From assembly GCA_964638585.1 (NCBI GenBank), contig CAZXAN010000004.1, positions 708-64,707 on the forward strand: DNA of 64,000 nucleotides, in the 5' to 3' direction. The position numbers and the translations under genes were made by a program. The notes below the pieces were generated by a model that had not been told where the DNA came from, did no database searches, and was given only the letters and a program-made list of their open reading frames with translations. Shown one piece after another: positions 18,096 to 26,531 of the stretch (positions are counted from its first letter, which is position 1; each line of letters starts with the position of its first letter). This stretch comes from an uncultured Candidatus Saccharibacteria bacterium. Its GTDB lineage: Bacteria > Patescibacteriota > Minisyncoccia > Phycocordibacterales > Phycocordibacteraceae.

Positions 18096-18637
18096 AAGGA
18101 TTCACTCTAATAGAGACCGTAATTGTTATTGCGTTTAGTGCTGTAATGATGCTTGCAATCGCCGTATTAGCATTCAACTTCAATAAAATCTCTTTGTACA
18201 ATCAAGCTTCTATCAAATCGTCTGGCTCAGCGAGTGCTCTCATACGTGAGATAGAAGATTTAGTGTTTTCTGCAAGCGAGGTGCTCGCATCGCACACATT
18301 TTCTGGCTCTGTCTACTCATCTTCACAAGGTGTGCTTGTACTAGAGATACCGTCAGTAGACGTTTCAGGCAATGTGATATCAAATACATACGACTACGCC
18401 GTATTTTATGTTACTGGTACAAATGCTTATCGTATTCTTGAGACAAATGCATTGAGTTCGCGCTCTTCTGGAACGAAGATTCTTAGTACAACAATAAGTG
18501 CTCTCACATTCTCATACAACGGAGCCGACATGCCTTCTACAAACATAGTCACTGTTGATATTCAGGCTCAAGCATATGCAAAACAAGAAATATTGTCAGA
18601 CCATTTGCGCGAGCAGATCCGTCTACGTAATCATTAA
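18092..18637 (+). CDS. prepilin-type pseudopilin (minor pilin)
   Basis: MKGFTLIETVIVIAFSAVMML class III signal. Confidence 0.7.
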   Translation: MKGFTLIETVIVIAFSAVMMLAIAVLAFNFNKISLYNQASIKSSGSASALIREIEDLVFSASEVLASHTFSGSVYSSSQGVLVLEIPSVDVSGNVISNTYDYAVFYVTGTNAYRILETNALSSRSSGTKILSTTISALTFSYNGADMPSTNIVTVDIQAQAYAKQEILSDHLREQIRLRNH

Positions 18638-18646
18638 TTAATCTAT

Positions 18647-19978
18647 ATGAATACTTTTTATGAAAAAAGAATCAATGGGGGGTATGTTTTGCTTCTTTCT
18701 CTTGTATTCTTGGGCGTCTTCTCTGTCGCAGCAACAGCATATTTGAGTTTGGTTACCACATCTGCACGGAGTGCACGGTATGACGTCGCGAGCGCAGGAG
18801 CTCTAGCACTTGCCGAAGCGGGAATGGACAAGGCCATATATCAGTTAAACCAAAACTCTTCATACTCTGGCGAATCCAACACTTCTCTTGGTGACGGAGT
18901 GTTTACTGTTGCTGTCTCAAACGTAGACTCACAAACGAAGATGATCACCTCAACAGGTTATGTGCCGAATAGCCAGACTCCAACCGCAACAAAAATAATA
19001 AAAGCCAAGGTCGGCATCGACAGCTCTACGGTCTCATTTAACTACGGGATTCAGTCTGGCAATGGTGGATTCTCTATGGAGAACAGTTCAAAGGTAGTTG
19101 GTAACGTGTTCTCTAGTGGTTCTGTTACCGGCACTGGTGCGAACTATATTTATGGAGACGTGGTTTCTTCTGGCGCAAGCGGGCTTGTGTATGGCATACA
19201 CGCCACAAGCTCTGTCTATGCTCACACAATAGGGAAGACTGGCGTAACAACGATTGTAGATAAAAATGCTTACTACGTTACGAAAGTGAACACGACCGTA
19301 ACTGGCACATCGTATCCGAATAGTCCGGACCAAGAATCTGTTGATCTGCCAATTTCTGACGAACAAATTGGCGAGTGGGAGGCTCTGGCGGCTGCGGGAG
19401 GGACATCTACTGCATGCTCCGGCGGTTTATACAGCATCTCTTCTGGCAGTGTAACTCTCGGCCCGATAAAAATTCCTTGCGATCTAACCATCAGCAACAG
19501 CGCTGTTGTGACAATAGCCGGTCATATATGGGTTACCGGCAATATTATCGTTCAAAATTCTGCGATAGTAAAAATGGCTCCGAGCTTGGGTGCACAAAAT
19601 GTCGCTATCATCGCGGACAATCCTTCTAACAGACTCACGAGCAGTACTATAAAGATTAAGAATACTGCGACATTCCAGAATTCAGGCACTCCGGGCTCAT
19701 TTGTGTTCTTAATTTCTCAAAATAACAGCGCCGAAACCGGCGGTGACGAAGAAGCGTTTGAATTAAGCAACAGCGCCTCTGCTCTTGTTGCATATGCGGC
19801 TCATGGATTAATACCAATCTCAAACTCCGTATCTCTAAAAGAGGTAACTGCATACAAAATAAAGCTAAAAAACTCGGCAAGTGTCATATATGACTCTGGT
19901 CTGCCGAACGCAGTTTTCCAGTCAGGCCCTGGAGCTAGCTGGGTATTTGTTCCTGGCACTTATTCAATAGCAAGATAG
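18647..19978 (+). CDS. PilX-like minor pilin / pilus assembly protein
   Basis: N-terminal TM helix plus PilX_N-like segment (ATAYLSLVTTSARSARYDVASAGALALAEAGMDKAIYQL); long Ser/Thr-rich extracellular region. Confidence 0.55.
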   Translation: MNTFYEKRINGGYVLLLSLVFLGVFSVAATAYLSLVTTSARSARYDVASAGALALAEAGMDKAIYQLNQNSSYSGESNTSLGDGVFTVAVSNVDSQTKMITSTGYVPNSQTPTATKIIKAKVGIDSSTVSFNYGIQSGNGGFSMENSSKVVGNVFSSGSVTGTGANYIYGDVVSSGASGLVYGIHATSSVYAHTIGKTGVTTIVDKNAYYVTKVNTTVTGTSYPNSPDQESVDLPISDEQIGEWEALAAAGGTSTACSGGLYSISSGSVTLGPIKIPCDLTISNSAVVTIAGHIWVTGNIIVQNSAIVKMAPSLGAQNVAIIADNPSNRLTSSTIKIKNTATFQNSGTPGSFVFLISQNNSAETGGDEEAFELSNSASALVAYAAHGLIPISNSVSLKEVTAYKIKLKNSASVIYDSGLPNAVFQSGPGASWVFVPGTYSIAR

Positions 19979-20058
19979 ACTTCAGGCGCTAGGCTCTAGC
20001 TAATTCTTACTAGTGCCTAAAGCCTGTCCGAGTGCCTAGCGCCTGCTAGAATATGTGC

Positions 20059-20802
20059 ATGCTCATTGTTGCCAACTGGAAGGCCTACATAGAAGATTTG
20101 GAGAAGGCAAAAAAGATCTTCGCAATTAGTAAGAAACTCGCACGAGAGACGCGTATTGATATAGTCTTGGCTCCTCCGTCTCCTCTACTTAGTACTCTCT
20201 CTGTGAAAAATAGGTCGAGTGTTGTGTTCTCTGCGCAAGACGTATCTCTTACAACAGGTGGTGCGAAAACAGGCGAAGCAACGGCAGAGGCATTTGTGGC
20301 AGCAGGAGCCAGTTACGCAATTGTCGGACACTCTGAAAGACGTTCTGCCGGTGATACATATCCTGTTGTTGCAGAGAAGTTGTCTCATGCTATAGCGCAT
20401 AAACTTACTCCTATTCTCTGTGTCGGCGAAGATTCGCGAGACAGCGAAGGTAGATATCTGGCGACAGTACGAGAAGAGCTCACGACTGCTCTAGAGCCTC
20501 TTGATCCAAAGGACCGTGCGAAGGTTATAGTCGCGTACGAACCTCTCTGGGCCATAGGCAAGACAACAGACGATGCTATTAATCCAAACGATCTGGCAGA
20601 GATGGTGTTGTACATACGAAAGGTGCTTGCAGAGCTCTTGCCGGGCAAAGCATCTCACATCTCTCGCGTGCTATATGGCGGATCAGTAGAGTCAGGTAAT
20701 GTGCGGGATCTGGCGCGCACGGCGAGTGTTGATGGGTTCTTGGTAGGACATGCGTCGGTTGATCCTAAGACATTCGCGCAGATCGTTCGTGCGCTGGTAT
20801 AA
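20059..20802 (+). CDS. tpiA: triosephosphate isomerase
   Basis: IVANWKA...AYEPLWAIGTG-like...GGSV motifs. Confidence 0.85.
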   Translation: MLIVANWKAYIEDLEKAKKIFAISKKLARETRIDIVLAPPSPLLSTLSVKNRSSVVFSAQDVSLTTGGAKTGEATAEAFVAAGASYAIVGHSERRSAGDTYPVVAEKLSHAIAHKLTPILCVGEDSRDSEGRYLATVREELTTALEPLDPKDRAKVIVAYEPLWAIGKTTDDAINPNDLAEMVLYIRKVLAELLPGKASHISRVLYGGSVESGNVRDLARTASVDGFLVGHASVDPKTFAQIVRALV

Positions 20803-20804
20803 AC

Positions 20805-21881
20805 ATGCGTGATATCAGAGATATAAAGATACTTGAAGATATACCTATACTGGTGCGAACGGCGCTTAACATGCCTGTCGTTGGCGGCAAGGTCGCAAAT
20901 GATTATCGGTTGAGACGCGCCTTGCCAACTATTCAATATCTGCGCGAGCGTGGGGCAAGGGTTATTTTAATCAGTCATATCGGCGAGAGTGGGGTAGATA
21001 CGCTTGAACCGGTGGCAAAGGCTCTCGGCAAACTTATCCCTAACGTTTCGTTTTGTTCAGAAACACTTGGTCCGCGAACGCGCTCTGCTATTCGCGAGCT
21101 CTCTCCTGGAGATGTTCTCGTTTTAGAAAATCTACGGCGCAATAAAGGTGAGAAGGCAAATGACATGGCGTTTGCGCGAGAGCTCGCCACGCTCGCTGAT
21201 GTGTTTGTTCAAGACTGTTTTGATAGTTGTCATCGCCAGCACGCATCCATTGTCAGCTTACCGAGCCTTTTGCCCTCATATGCTGGAATTCTGATCCAAG
21301 AAGAAATCACCGAGCTCTCGCGAGCCCTTAAACCAAAAAGCCCGTCACTCGCAGTAGTCGGAGGGGCAAAATTTAGTACAAAAGAAGCGGTTCTAATCAA
21401 ATTATTGGGAACATACGACCATGTGTTTGTCGGCGGTGCGCTCGCAAGTGACTTTCTTAAAGCGTCTGGCAAGAACGTTGGCAAGTCGCTCGTGTCTGGT
21501 GCAGACCCTACGTATCTTAAAAAAATTCTCGCGAATCCTAAGGTCGTATTGCCAGTTGATTCTATTGTTGTTAACGAAATGATTTTAGATCATGGCACAA
21601 AAACCACTGCGATGCTCGCAGAGCTAGTAAATGTGGCAAAAACTATTTTGTGGAACGGCCCGTTGGGCAAATATGAAGACGGGTTTTTGGACGCGACCAG
21701 AGATTTCGCGCAGGCAGTCGCCAAGTCAAAAGCATATTCTGTAGTCGGTGGTGGCGATACGATCACCGCGATAGAGGGTCTAGGCTTATTGTCTAAATTT
21801 TCATTTGTCTCAACCGGCGGTGGCGCGATGCTCCAGTTCCTCGCCGAAGGAAATCTGCCCGGCATCCGGGCGCTTGATTAA
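20805..21881 (+). CDS. pgk: phosphoglycerate kinase (short form)
   Basis: PGK N- and C-domain motifs (RxDxNVP-like N-terminus; GGGA/GGGD region GGGDT); 358 aa. Confidence 0.8.
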   Translation: MRDIRDIKILEDIPILVRTALNMPVVGGKVANDYRLRRALPTIQYLRERGARVILISHIGESGVDTLEPVAKALGKLIPNVSFCSETLGPRTRSAIRELSPGDVLVLENLRRNKGEKANDMAFARELATLADVFVQDCFDSCHRQHASIVSLPSLLPSYAGILIQEEITELSRALKPKSPSLAVVGGAKFSTKEAVLIKLLGTYDHVFVGGALASDFLKASGKNVGKSLVSGADPTYLKKILANPKVVLPVDSIVVNEMILDHGTKTTAMLAELVNVAKTILWNGPLGKYEDGFLDATRDFAQAVAKSKAYSVVGGGDTITAIEGLGLLSKFSFVSTGGGAMLQFLAEGNLPGIRALD

Positions 21882-22219
21882 AGGTCCTTATCCTCAAACT
21901 TGCGCGGGATGAGGTGCATATGTACGTGAGGAACGTCCTTTCCAATTACTGAAATCTGTATGTAGTCGGCGCCAGTTTTATCCTTCAACTCCTTTGCAAT
22001 TTTACGTGCAACTTTAAATAGATCATTAGCAATATCGTCTGGCAACTCCCAGAACCACTGGTAATGGTCTCTAGGTACGACGAGCGTGTGCCCGGGCCGC
22101 ACGGGCTTATAGTCAGGGAACGAAACTATTCTGCCGTCTTCATGATGTGCCTTCTCGCTCGGAATTTCACCCGCAATAATTTTGCAAAAAATGCAGTTTT
22201 CCATCCATTCAGTATACAA
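21878..22219 (-). CDS. HIT-family (histidine triad) hydrolase
   Basis: HTLVVPRDH ... HVHMHLIP histidine triad. Confidence 0.8.
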   Translation of the reverse strand: MYTEWMENCIFCKIIAGEIPSEKAHHEDGRIVSFPDYKPVRPGHTLVVPRDHYQWFWELPDDIANDLFKVARKIAKELKDKTGADYIQISVIGKDVPHVHMHLIPRKFEDKDL

Positions 22220-22229
22220 TGTTCAGCAC

Positions 22230-23981
22230 ATGTTTCCGCTCCACGACCCGCTCACTGATTCTCTGCGTAAAGAACTGTCTGCGTATGACGACCTCACTTC
22301 TGCATTACTGGCGCGAAGAGGTGTCGTAACCAGAGCAGATGCTGAGAAATTTCTTAATCCCTCATATGACAATCATCTCTACGACCCGTTCTTAATGACT
22401 GATATGGAGAAAGCTTCGCATAGATTTGCAGACGCAATTTTATCGGGAGAAAAAATTGCAGTGTGGAGCGACTATGACTGCGACGGAATCCCAGGCGCTG
22501 TTCTTATGCACGACTTCTTAAAAAAAGTCGGGGCGAACTTTGAAAATTATATTCCGCACAGGCACAACGAAGGTTACGGCATGAATATTGGTGGGGTAGA
22601 GAGGTTGGCAAATACAGGTGTGAAACTGATAGTGACTGTAGATTCTGGAATCACCGATATCGAATCTGTATCACGAGCAAATGAATTAGGAATTGAAGTT
22701 ATTGTGACAGACCATCATTTGCCTGGAGATAACCTGCCGGAGGCATTCGCAATTCTCAATCCTAATGCCCGACCAGACGAGACATACCCGTTCAAAAGTC
22801 TCTGCGGGAGCGGGGTAGCATGGAAGCTCGTTTGCGCCACGATAACTCTGCTGAGAGAATCGAGCCCTACTTCGCCAAGGCTACGCAGGGCAACTGAGCT
22901 ACCGCTCAGTTGGGAGAAGTGGCTGTTGGACATGGTCGGTCTCGCGACTATCGCCGACATGGTGCCCCTCATAGACGAGAATCGCTTGCTCGCGAAATAC
23001 GGACTCCTCGTGATGCGTAAGTCGCCCCGGATAGGGCTCCAGAAATTGTGCCGGGGCATGCGGGTAGAACAGCGAACAATAACAGAAGATGATGTCGGCT
23101 TTATGATCGCACCGAGAGTGAATGCCGCGAGCCGGATGGGCGAAGCGCGTGATGCATTTACTCTTTTTACAACATCCGATGAAAACGAGGCTGACATGCT
23201 CGCTAAGAAGTTAGAGAAATTAAACAGATCCAGAAAAGCAGAAGCAGGTGCGATAACTCGCGCAGTGCACACACGAATCAAAGAACGCGGAGAATTGAGG
23301 AGCATAATCGCTATCGGCGACCCTGATTGGAAGCCCGCACTTCTGGGTCTTGTTGCCGGAAACATTGCGGACGAATTTGAACGGCCAGTATTCCTCTGGG
23401 GCAGAGAAGGAAATAATAGTCTGAAGGGTTCGTTTAGAAGCGGCGGCTCCACACAAGTAATGGAGCTCATCCGCACTACTGAAAATATGTTCGCGCAATT
23501 CGGCGGCCACGCGGCCGCCGGCGGTTTCACTCTCATAGATACTGAGGTATTTTTTTTAGAAGACCGTCTTGTTGAATCGCATGCAAAGTTAGTTAAAGAA
23601 GATGTAAGTGACGACCTGGCGATGCGTGCTGATGCGGTTGTCGCACCAGAAGAAATCAGCGTCGCATATTTGCGGGATGTGGAGAAGCTCGCCCCTTTTG
23701 GTATGCAGAATCCTAAACCTGTGTTTCTTCTGCGCTCTGCTCTTGTTCAAAACATTTCACGATTCGGCAAAGCAGAAGAGCATTTAAAATTAAAAATCGG
23801 CTCTGAAAATAGCGGTAAAGAAATAGATGCCGTCACTTTTTTTGTAAAAGGCCCCATCGCGCGTGCCGTTACTCAATTAGAAAAAGGTTCTCGCGCCAAC
23901 ATCCTCGCCCACATAGAGCGCGACACCTTCTATCGCACCAACCCCGTCCGCCTGCGACTTTTAGATATTCGGGCAGTATAG
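22230..23981 (+). CDS. recJ: single-stranded-DNA-specific exonuclease RecJ
   Basis: DHH motifs (DYDCDG, VTDHH) and DHHA1 (GGHAAAGG). Alternative start at 22182. Confidence 0.8.
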   Translation: MFPLHDPLTDSLRKELSAYDDLTSALLARRGVVTRADAEKFLNPSYDNHLYDPFLMTDMEKASHRFADAILSGEKIAVWSDYDCDGIPGAVLMHDFLKKVGANFENYIPHRHNEGYGMNIGGVERLANTGVKLIVTVDSGITDIESVSRANELGIEVIVTDHHLPGDNLPEAFAILNPNARPDETYPFKSLCGSGVAWKLVCATITLLRESSPTSPRLRRATELPLSWEKWLLDMVGLATIADMVPLIDENRLLAKYGLLVMRKSPRIGLQKLCRGMRVEQRTITEDDVGFMIAPRVNAASRMGEARDAFTLFTTSDENEADMLAKKLEKLNRSRKAEAGAITRAVHTRIKERGELRSIIAIGDPDWKPALLGLVAGNIADEFERPVFLWGREGNNSLKGSFRSGGSTQVMELIRTTENMFAQFGGHAAAGGFTLIDTEVFFLEDRLVESHAKLVKEDVSDDLAMRADAVVAPEEISVAYLRDVEKLAPFGMQNPKPVFLLRSALVQNISRFGKAEEHLKLKIGSENSGKEIDAVTFFVKGPIARAVTQLEKGSRANILAHIERDTFYRTNPVRLRLLDIRAV

Positions 23982-24016
23982 AAAAAGGCACAGCCCGCCG
24001 GAGCAAACTGTGCCTT
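23981..24016. terminator. bidirectional hairpin terminator
   Basis: AAGGCACAG-N14-CTGTGCCTT with A-run before and T-run after on the minus strand. Confidence 0.4.
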
Positions 24017-24029
24017 ACTGACTGTGTGC

Positions 24030-24437
24030 CTAGTTCGCCCTCCCACCGCACATCTCGAGTAAAATGCCGATCAGTTCCGGCGGAGCATCTTCGAATTCCA
24101 ACTCTAGCCTGGCGTTGCCGTTATGTTTCTCAATGCAATCAGATATGAGTTGGACAAAGAAGGCAAACTTGATACGCATTCTATCATCAAGGTTACCGAA
24201 GTAGTTGATGCCCGTTATTCCTTCGTGGGTGAAGACATCTTCATTCCCCGCCCGTATCTCGAAACGCTGCTTCCACCGCCACCCTTTCCGAATCGCAGTA
24301 TATCGAACATCAAGACTTCGACTAAGAATGAGCTCGCCTTGTTCTCTAGCTTCTAAGATCAGAGGCCCGCTGACGACTGTTTCTGTTCTTCTTACTCCAT
24401 TCGCTCCCTTAAGCTTCATATCAGCAAAAAATTCCAT
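24030..24437 (-). CDS. hypothetical protein
   Basis: 135-aa ORF from MEFFADMKLKG; no recognisable family by eye. Confidence 0.4.
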   Translation of the reverse strand: MEFFADMKLKGANGVRRTETVVSGPLILEAREQGELILSRSLDVRYTAIRKGWRWKQRFEIRAGNEDVFTHEGITGINYFGNLDDRMRIKFAFFVQLISDCIEKHNGNARLELEFEDAPPELIGILLEMCGGRAN

Positions 24438-24534
24438 CGTGGCTTTCCTTCCAATAAATACGGGAACACTCCCGTTCTGCCGCCAGAGTACCCCCGCAAA
24501 GCTCGAAGTCAACTCTAGGTGTATAGTAAGCGAG

Positions 24535-24951
24535 ATGAAATTCACTATTCATGCTGATGGGGGGTCGAGAGGGAACCCGGGGCCCGCTGGCTCGGGTGCT
24601 GTCTTGCGCGACGAGCTCGGGAACATCGTCGCTACGGTCTCCGAGTATCTCGGTCGACGCACGAATAATTATGCTGAATACGAGGCTGTTATCCTGGCAC
24701 TTGAAAAGGTACACGAGCTCGCTAAGGGCGAGCTCGGAGATACTGCAGTGATGGTAAAGCTGGACAGCGAACTCGTTGTGAAGCAGATGAACGGTATCTA
24801 CAAAATCAAACACCCTGATATGCGTGCACAAGCCGCACGACTTAAAGAGCTCGCGGCGCCATTCGGTCTCATCAAATTCGCACACGTCCCTCGCGAACAG
24901 AACAGCGACGCCGACGCCCTCGCCAACGAAGCGATGGACCGTGGTGCTTAA
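24535..24951 (+). CDS. rnhA: ribonuclease HI
   Basis: MKFTIHADGGSRGNPGPAG...NNYAEYEA...VKGH-like...REQNSDADALAN: RNase H catalytic DEDD context. Confidence 0.8.
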   Translation: MKFTIHADGGSRGNPGPAGSGAVLRDELGNIVATVSEYLGRRTNNYAEYEAVILALEKVHELAKGELGDTAVMVKLDSELVVKQMNGIYKIKHPDMRAQAARLKELAAPFGLIKFAHVPREQNSDADALANEAMDRGA

Positions 24952-24954
24952 AAT

Positions 24955-25695
24955 ATGTCTGACTATGCCGCTAAAAACGCATTGTCATATGACTCCCATG
25001 CAGAGGAATGGGAGTCAACGATACCAGTAAACCTAGCGCACAAATACATGGAGAAACCGGCAATGGTTACACTCTTGCCGAAAGACCTTCACAGAAAATC
25101 AGCCCTTTGTGTTGGTGTTGGATCGGGAGAAGAATTAGATTCGCTATTTGATAGGGGAGCAGAAAACGTAACTGCAATTGATATATCTAACGAGTTGTTG
25201 AAACGCGCTGCAATAAAATTTCCTACTGTTAAATACCACAAAATGGACATGATGAATCTGTCATTCGCTGACGAATCGTTTGACCTAATATATTCAAGTT
25301 TAGCCTTTCATTATTCCGACGATTGGGACCAACTTCTGAGTGGCCTATATAGAGTGCTTAAGAAGGACGGCATTTTGCTTTTCTCTACTCACAGACCAGA
25401 GTTTTGGGAGAAAAAGAAGAAAACAGGGGATATCGCTACCAACAAAAGAGGTGTTACTCTCGTAGGACATAGAGACATCTTGCCCGGGAATGTTGAGATT
25501 TTCTTTTATAACCATACTGACACAAATGCCGTACTTGAGAGCATTACCAACGCAGGATTTACTATTCAGTCGATAAGTTCGCCCTCCATGATTAAACCCG
25601 ACTCGGCAGACATTTTTGATCACGAGCATTATGACGCATTAAATCAAAAGAATCTTGAGAACCCATTATTCCTTGTTATTCTCGCTTCCAAGTAA
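24955..25695 (+). CDS. class I SAM-dependent methyltransferase
   Basis: Motif I LCVGVGSGEE, motif II/III DESFDLIYSS, methyltransferase type 11 pattern. Confidence 0.7.
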   Translation: MSDYAAKNALSYDSHAEEWESTIPVNLAHKYMEKPAMVTLLPKDLHRKSALCVGVGSGEELDSLFDRGAENVTAIDISNELLKRAAIKFPTVKYHKMDMMNLSFADESFDLIYSSLAFHYSDDWDQLLSGLYRVLKKDGILLFSTHRPEFWEKKKKTGDIATNKRGVTLVGHRDILPGNVEIFFYNHTDTNAVLESITNAGFTIQSISSPSMIKPDSADIFDHEHYDALNQKNLENPLFLVILASK

Positions 25696-25788
25696 TTGGC
25701 CGTGTAAACATTCTTACCTACGTTGTTTCTGGATTTGCGAGCGGGGTGTTTGCGTAACCATTTTTCTACTCCACAGCAACTATCCCCA

Positions 25789-25810
25789 ACTTGTCGCTAT
25801 AACGACAAGT
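25789..25810. promoter_or_regulatory. 22 bp palindromic putative operator, copy 1 (ACTTGTCGCTATAACGACAAGT)
   Basis: Near-perfect palindrome about 30 nt upstream of the PaaX-like gene start; repeated perfectly at 26461-26482 with the same 3' extension CTTTGATA. Confidence 0.45.
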
Positions 25811-25840
25811 CTTTGATACCTCTAAAGTTAAAATAGTGGT

Positions 25841-26425
25841 ATGGGATTAATGGAAAAGAAGGCACGGAGTGAGCGCAGATGGGGAACGTTTCAAAAAGCA
25901 ATGCTCACGGCCGTTGTGCTCGGTGGTGTCGTGGTTGTCGCTGCGACAATACCTAATGTTGCTCAACTTCTAAAGTATTTCCCCGGCCACAAGAAAGGTG
26001 CAAAGTTTAACTACCAAGCGAAGTCCGCGCTCGGACGACTTGCAACGAAAGGTCTGGTTACTTTTGTTGAGAAAAACGGCAAGCGTTTTGCACGTATAAC
26101 AGAAAAAGGGGAACGTGTACTCCAGATGGAGACAGAGCGAACGGCAATGACGAAAAAGAGACGGTGGGACAGACGCTGGCGTGTTGTAGCATTTGACGTG
26201 CCTGAGAAACGAAAGAATGTACGCACAAGCCTCCGTCGATTTATGAGTGAGTATGGGTTCGCAAGGTTACAAGATAGCGTATGGATTTATCCATATGATT
26301 GCGAAGATCTAATCGCCCTAGCGAAGGCTAACTTCCGTATCGGCTCTGACGTTCTCTATATGATTGTGGAGCGTCTTGAAAATGACAAACATTTACGCTC
26401 CCATTTCTCTCTTCCCGTCGAATAG
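25841..26425 (+). CDS. PaaX-like transcriptional regulator (wHTH + PaaX middle domain), putative
   Basis: wHTH (GRLATKGLVTFVEKNGKRFARITEKGERVL) followed by RRWRVVAFDVPEKRKNVRTSLRRFMSEYGFARLQDSVWIYPYD, resembling the PaaX domain after its wHTH. Confidence 0.45.
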   Translation: MGLMEKKARSERRWGTFQKAMLTAVVLGGVVVVAATIPNVAQLLKYFPGHKKGAKFNYQAKSALGRLATKGLVTFVEKNGKRFARITEKGERVLQMETERTAMTKKRRWDRRWRVVAFDVPEKRKNVRTSLRRFMSEYGFARLQDSVWIYPYDCEDLIALAKANFRIGSDVLYMIVERLENDKHLRSHFSLPVE

Positions 26426-26460
26426 GTAGCGCCACTGGACTAAGAGTGCGGGTATCCACA

Positions 26461-26482
26461 ACTTGTCGCTATAGCGACAAGT
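26461..26482. promoter_or_regulatory. 22 bp perfect palindromic putative operator, copy 2 (ACTTGTCGCTATAGCGACAAGT)
   Basis: Perfect palindrome 50 nt upstream of the comEC start codon; same flanks as copy 1. Confidence 0.45.
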
Positions 26483-26531
26483 CTTTGATAGTCCGTAATT
26501 TACGGCTGGTGCGGCTTGCTACGATAGGAGC

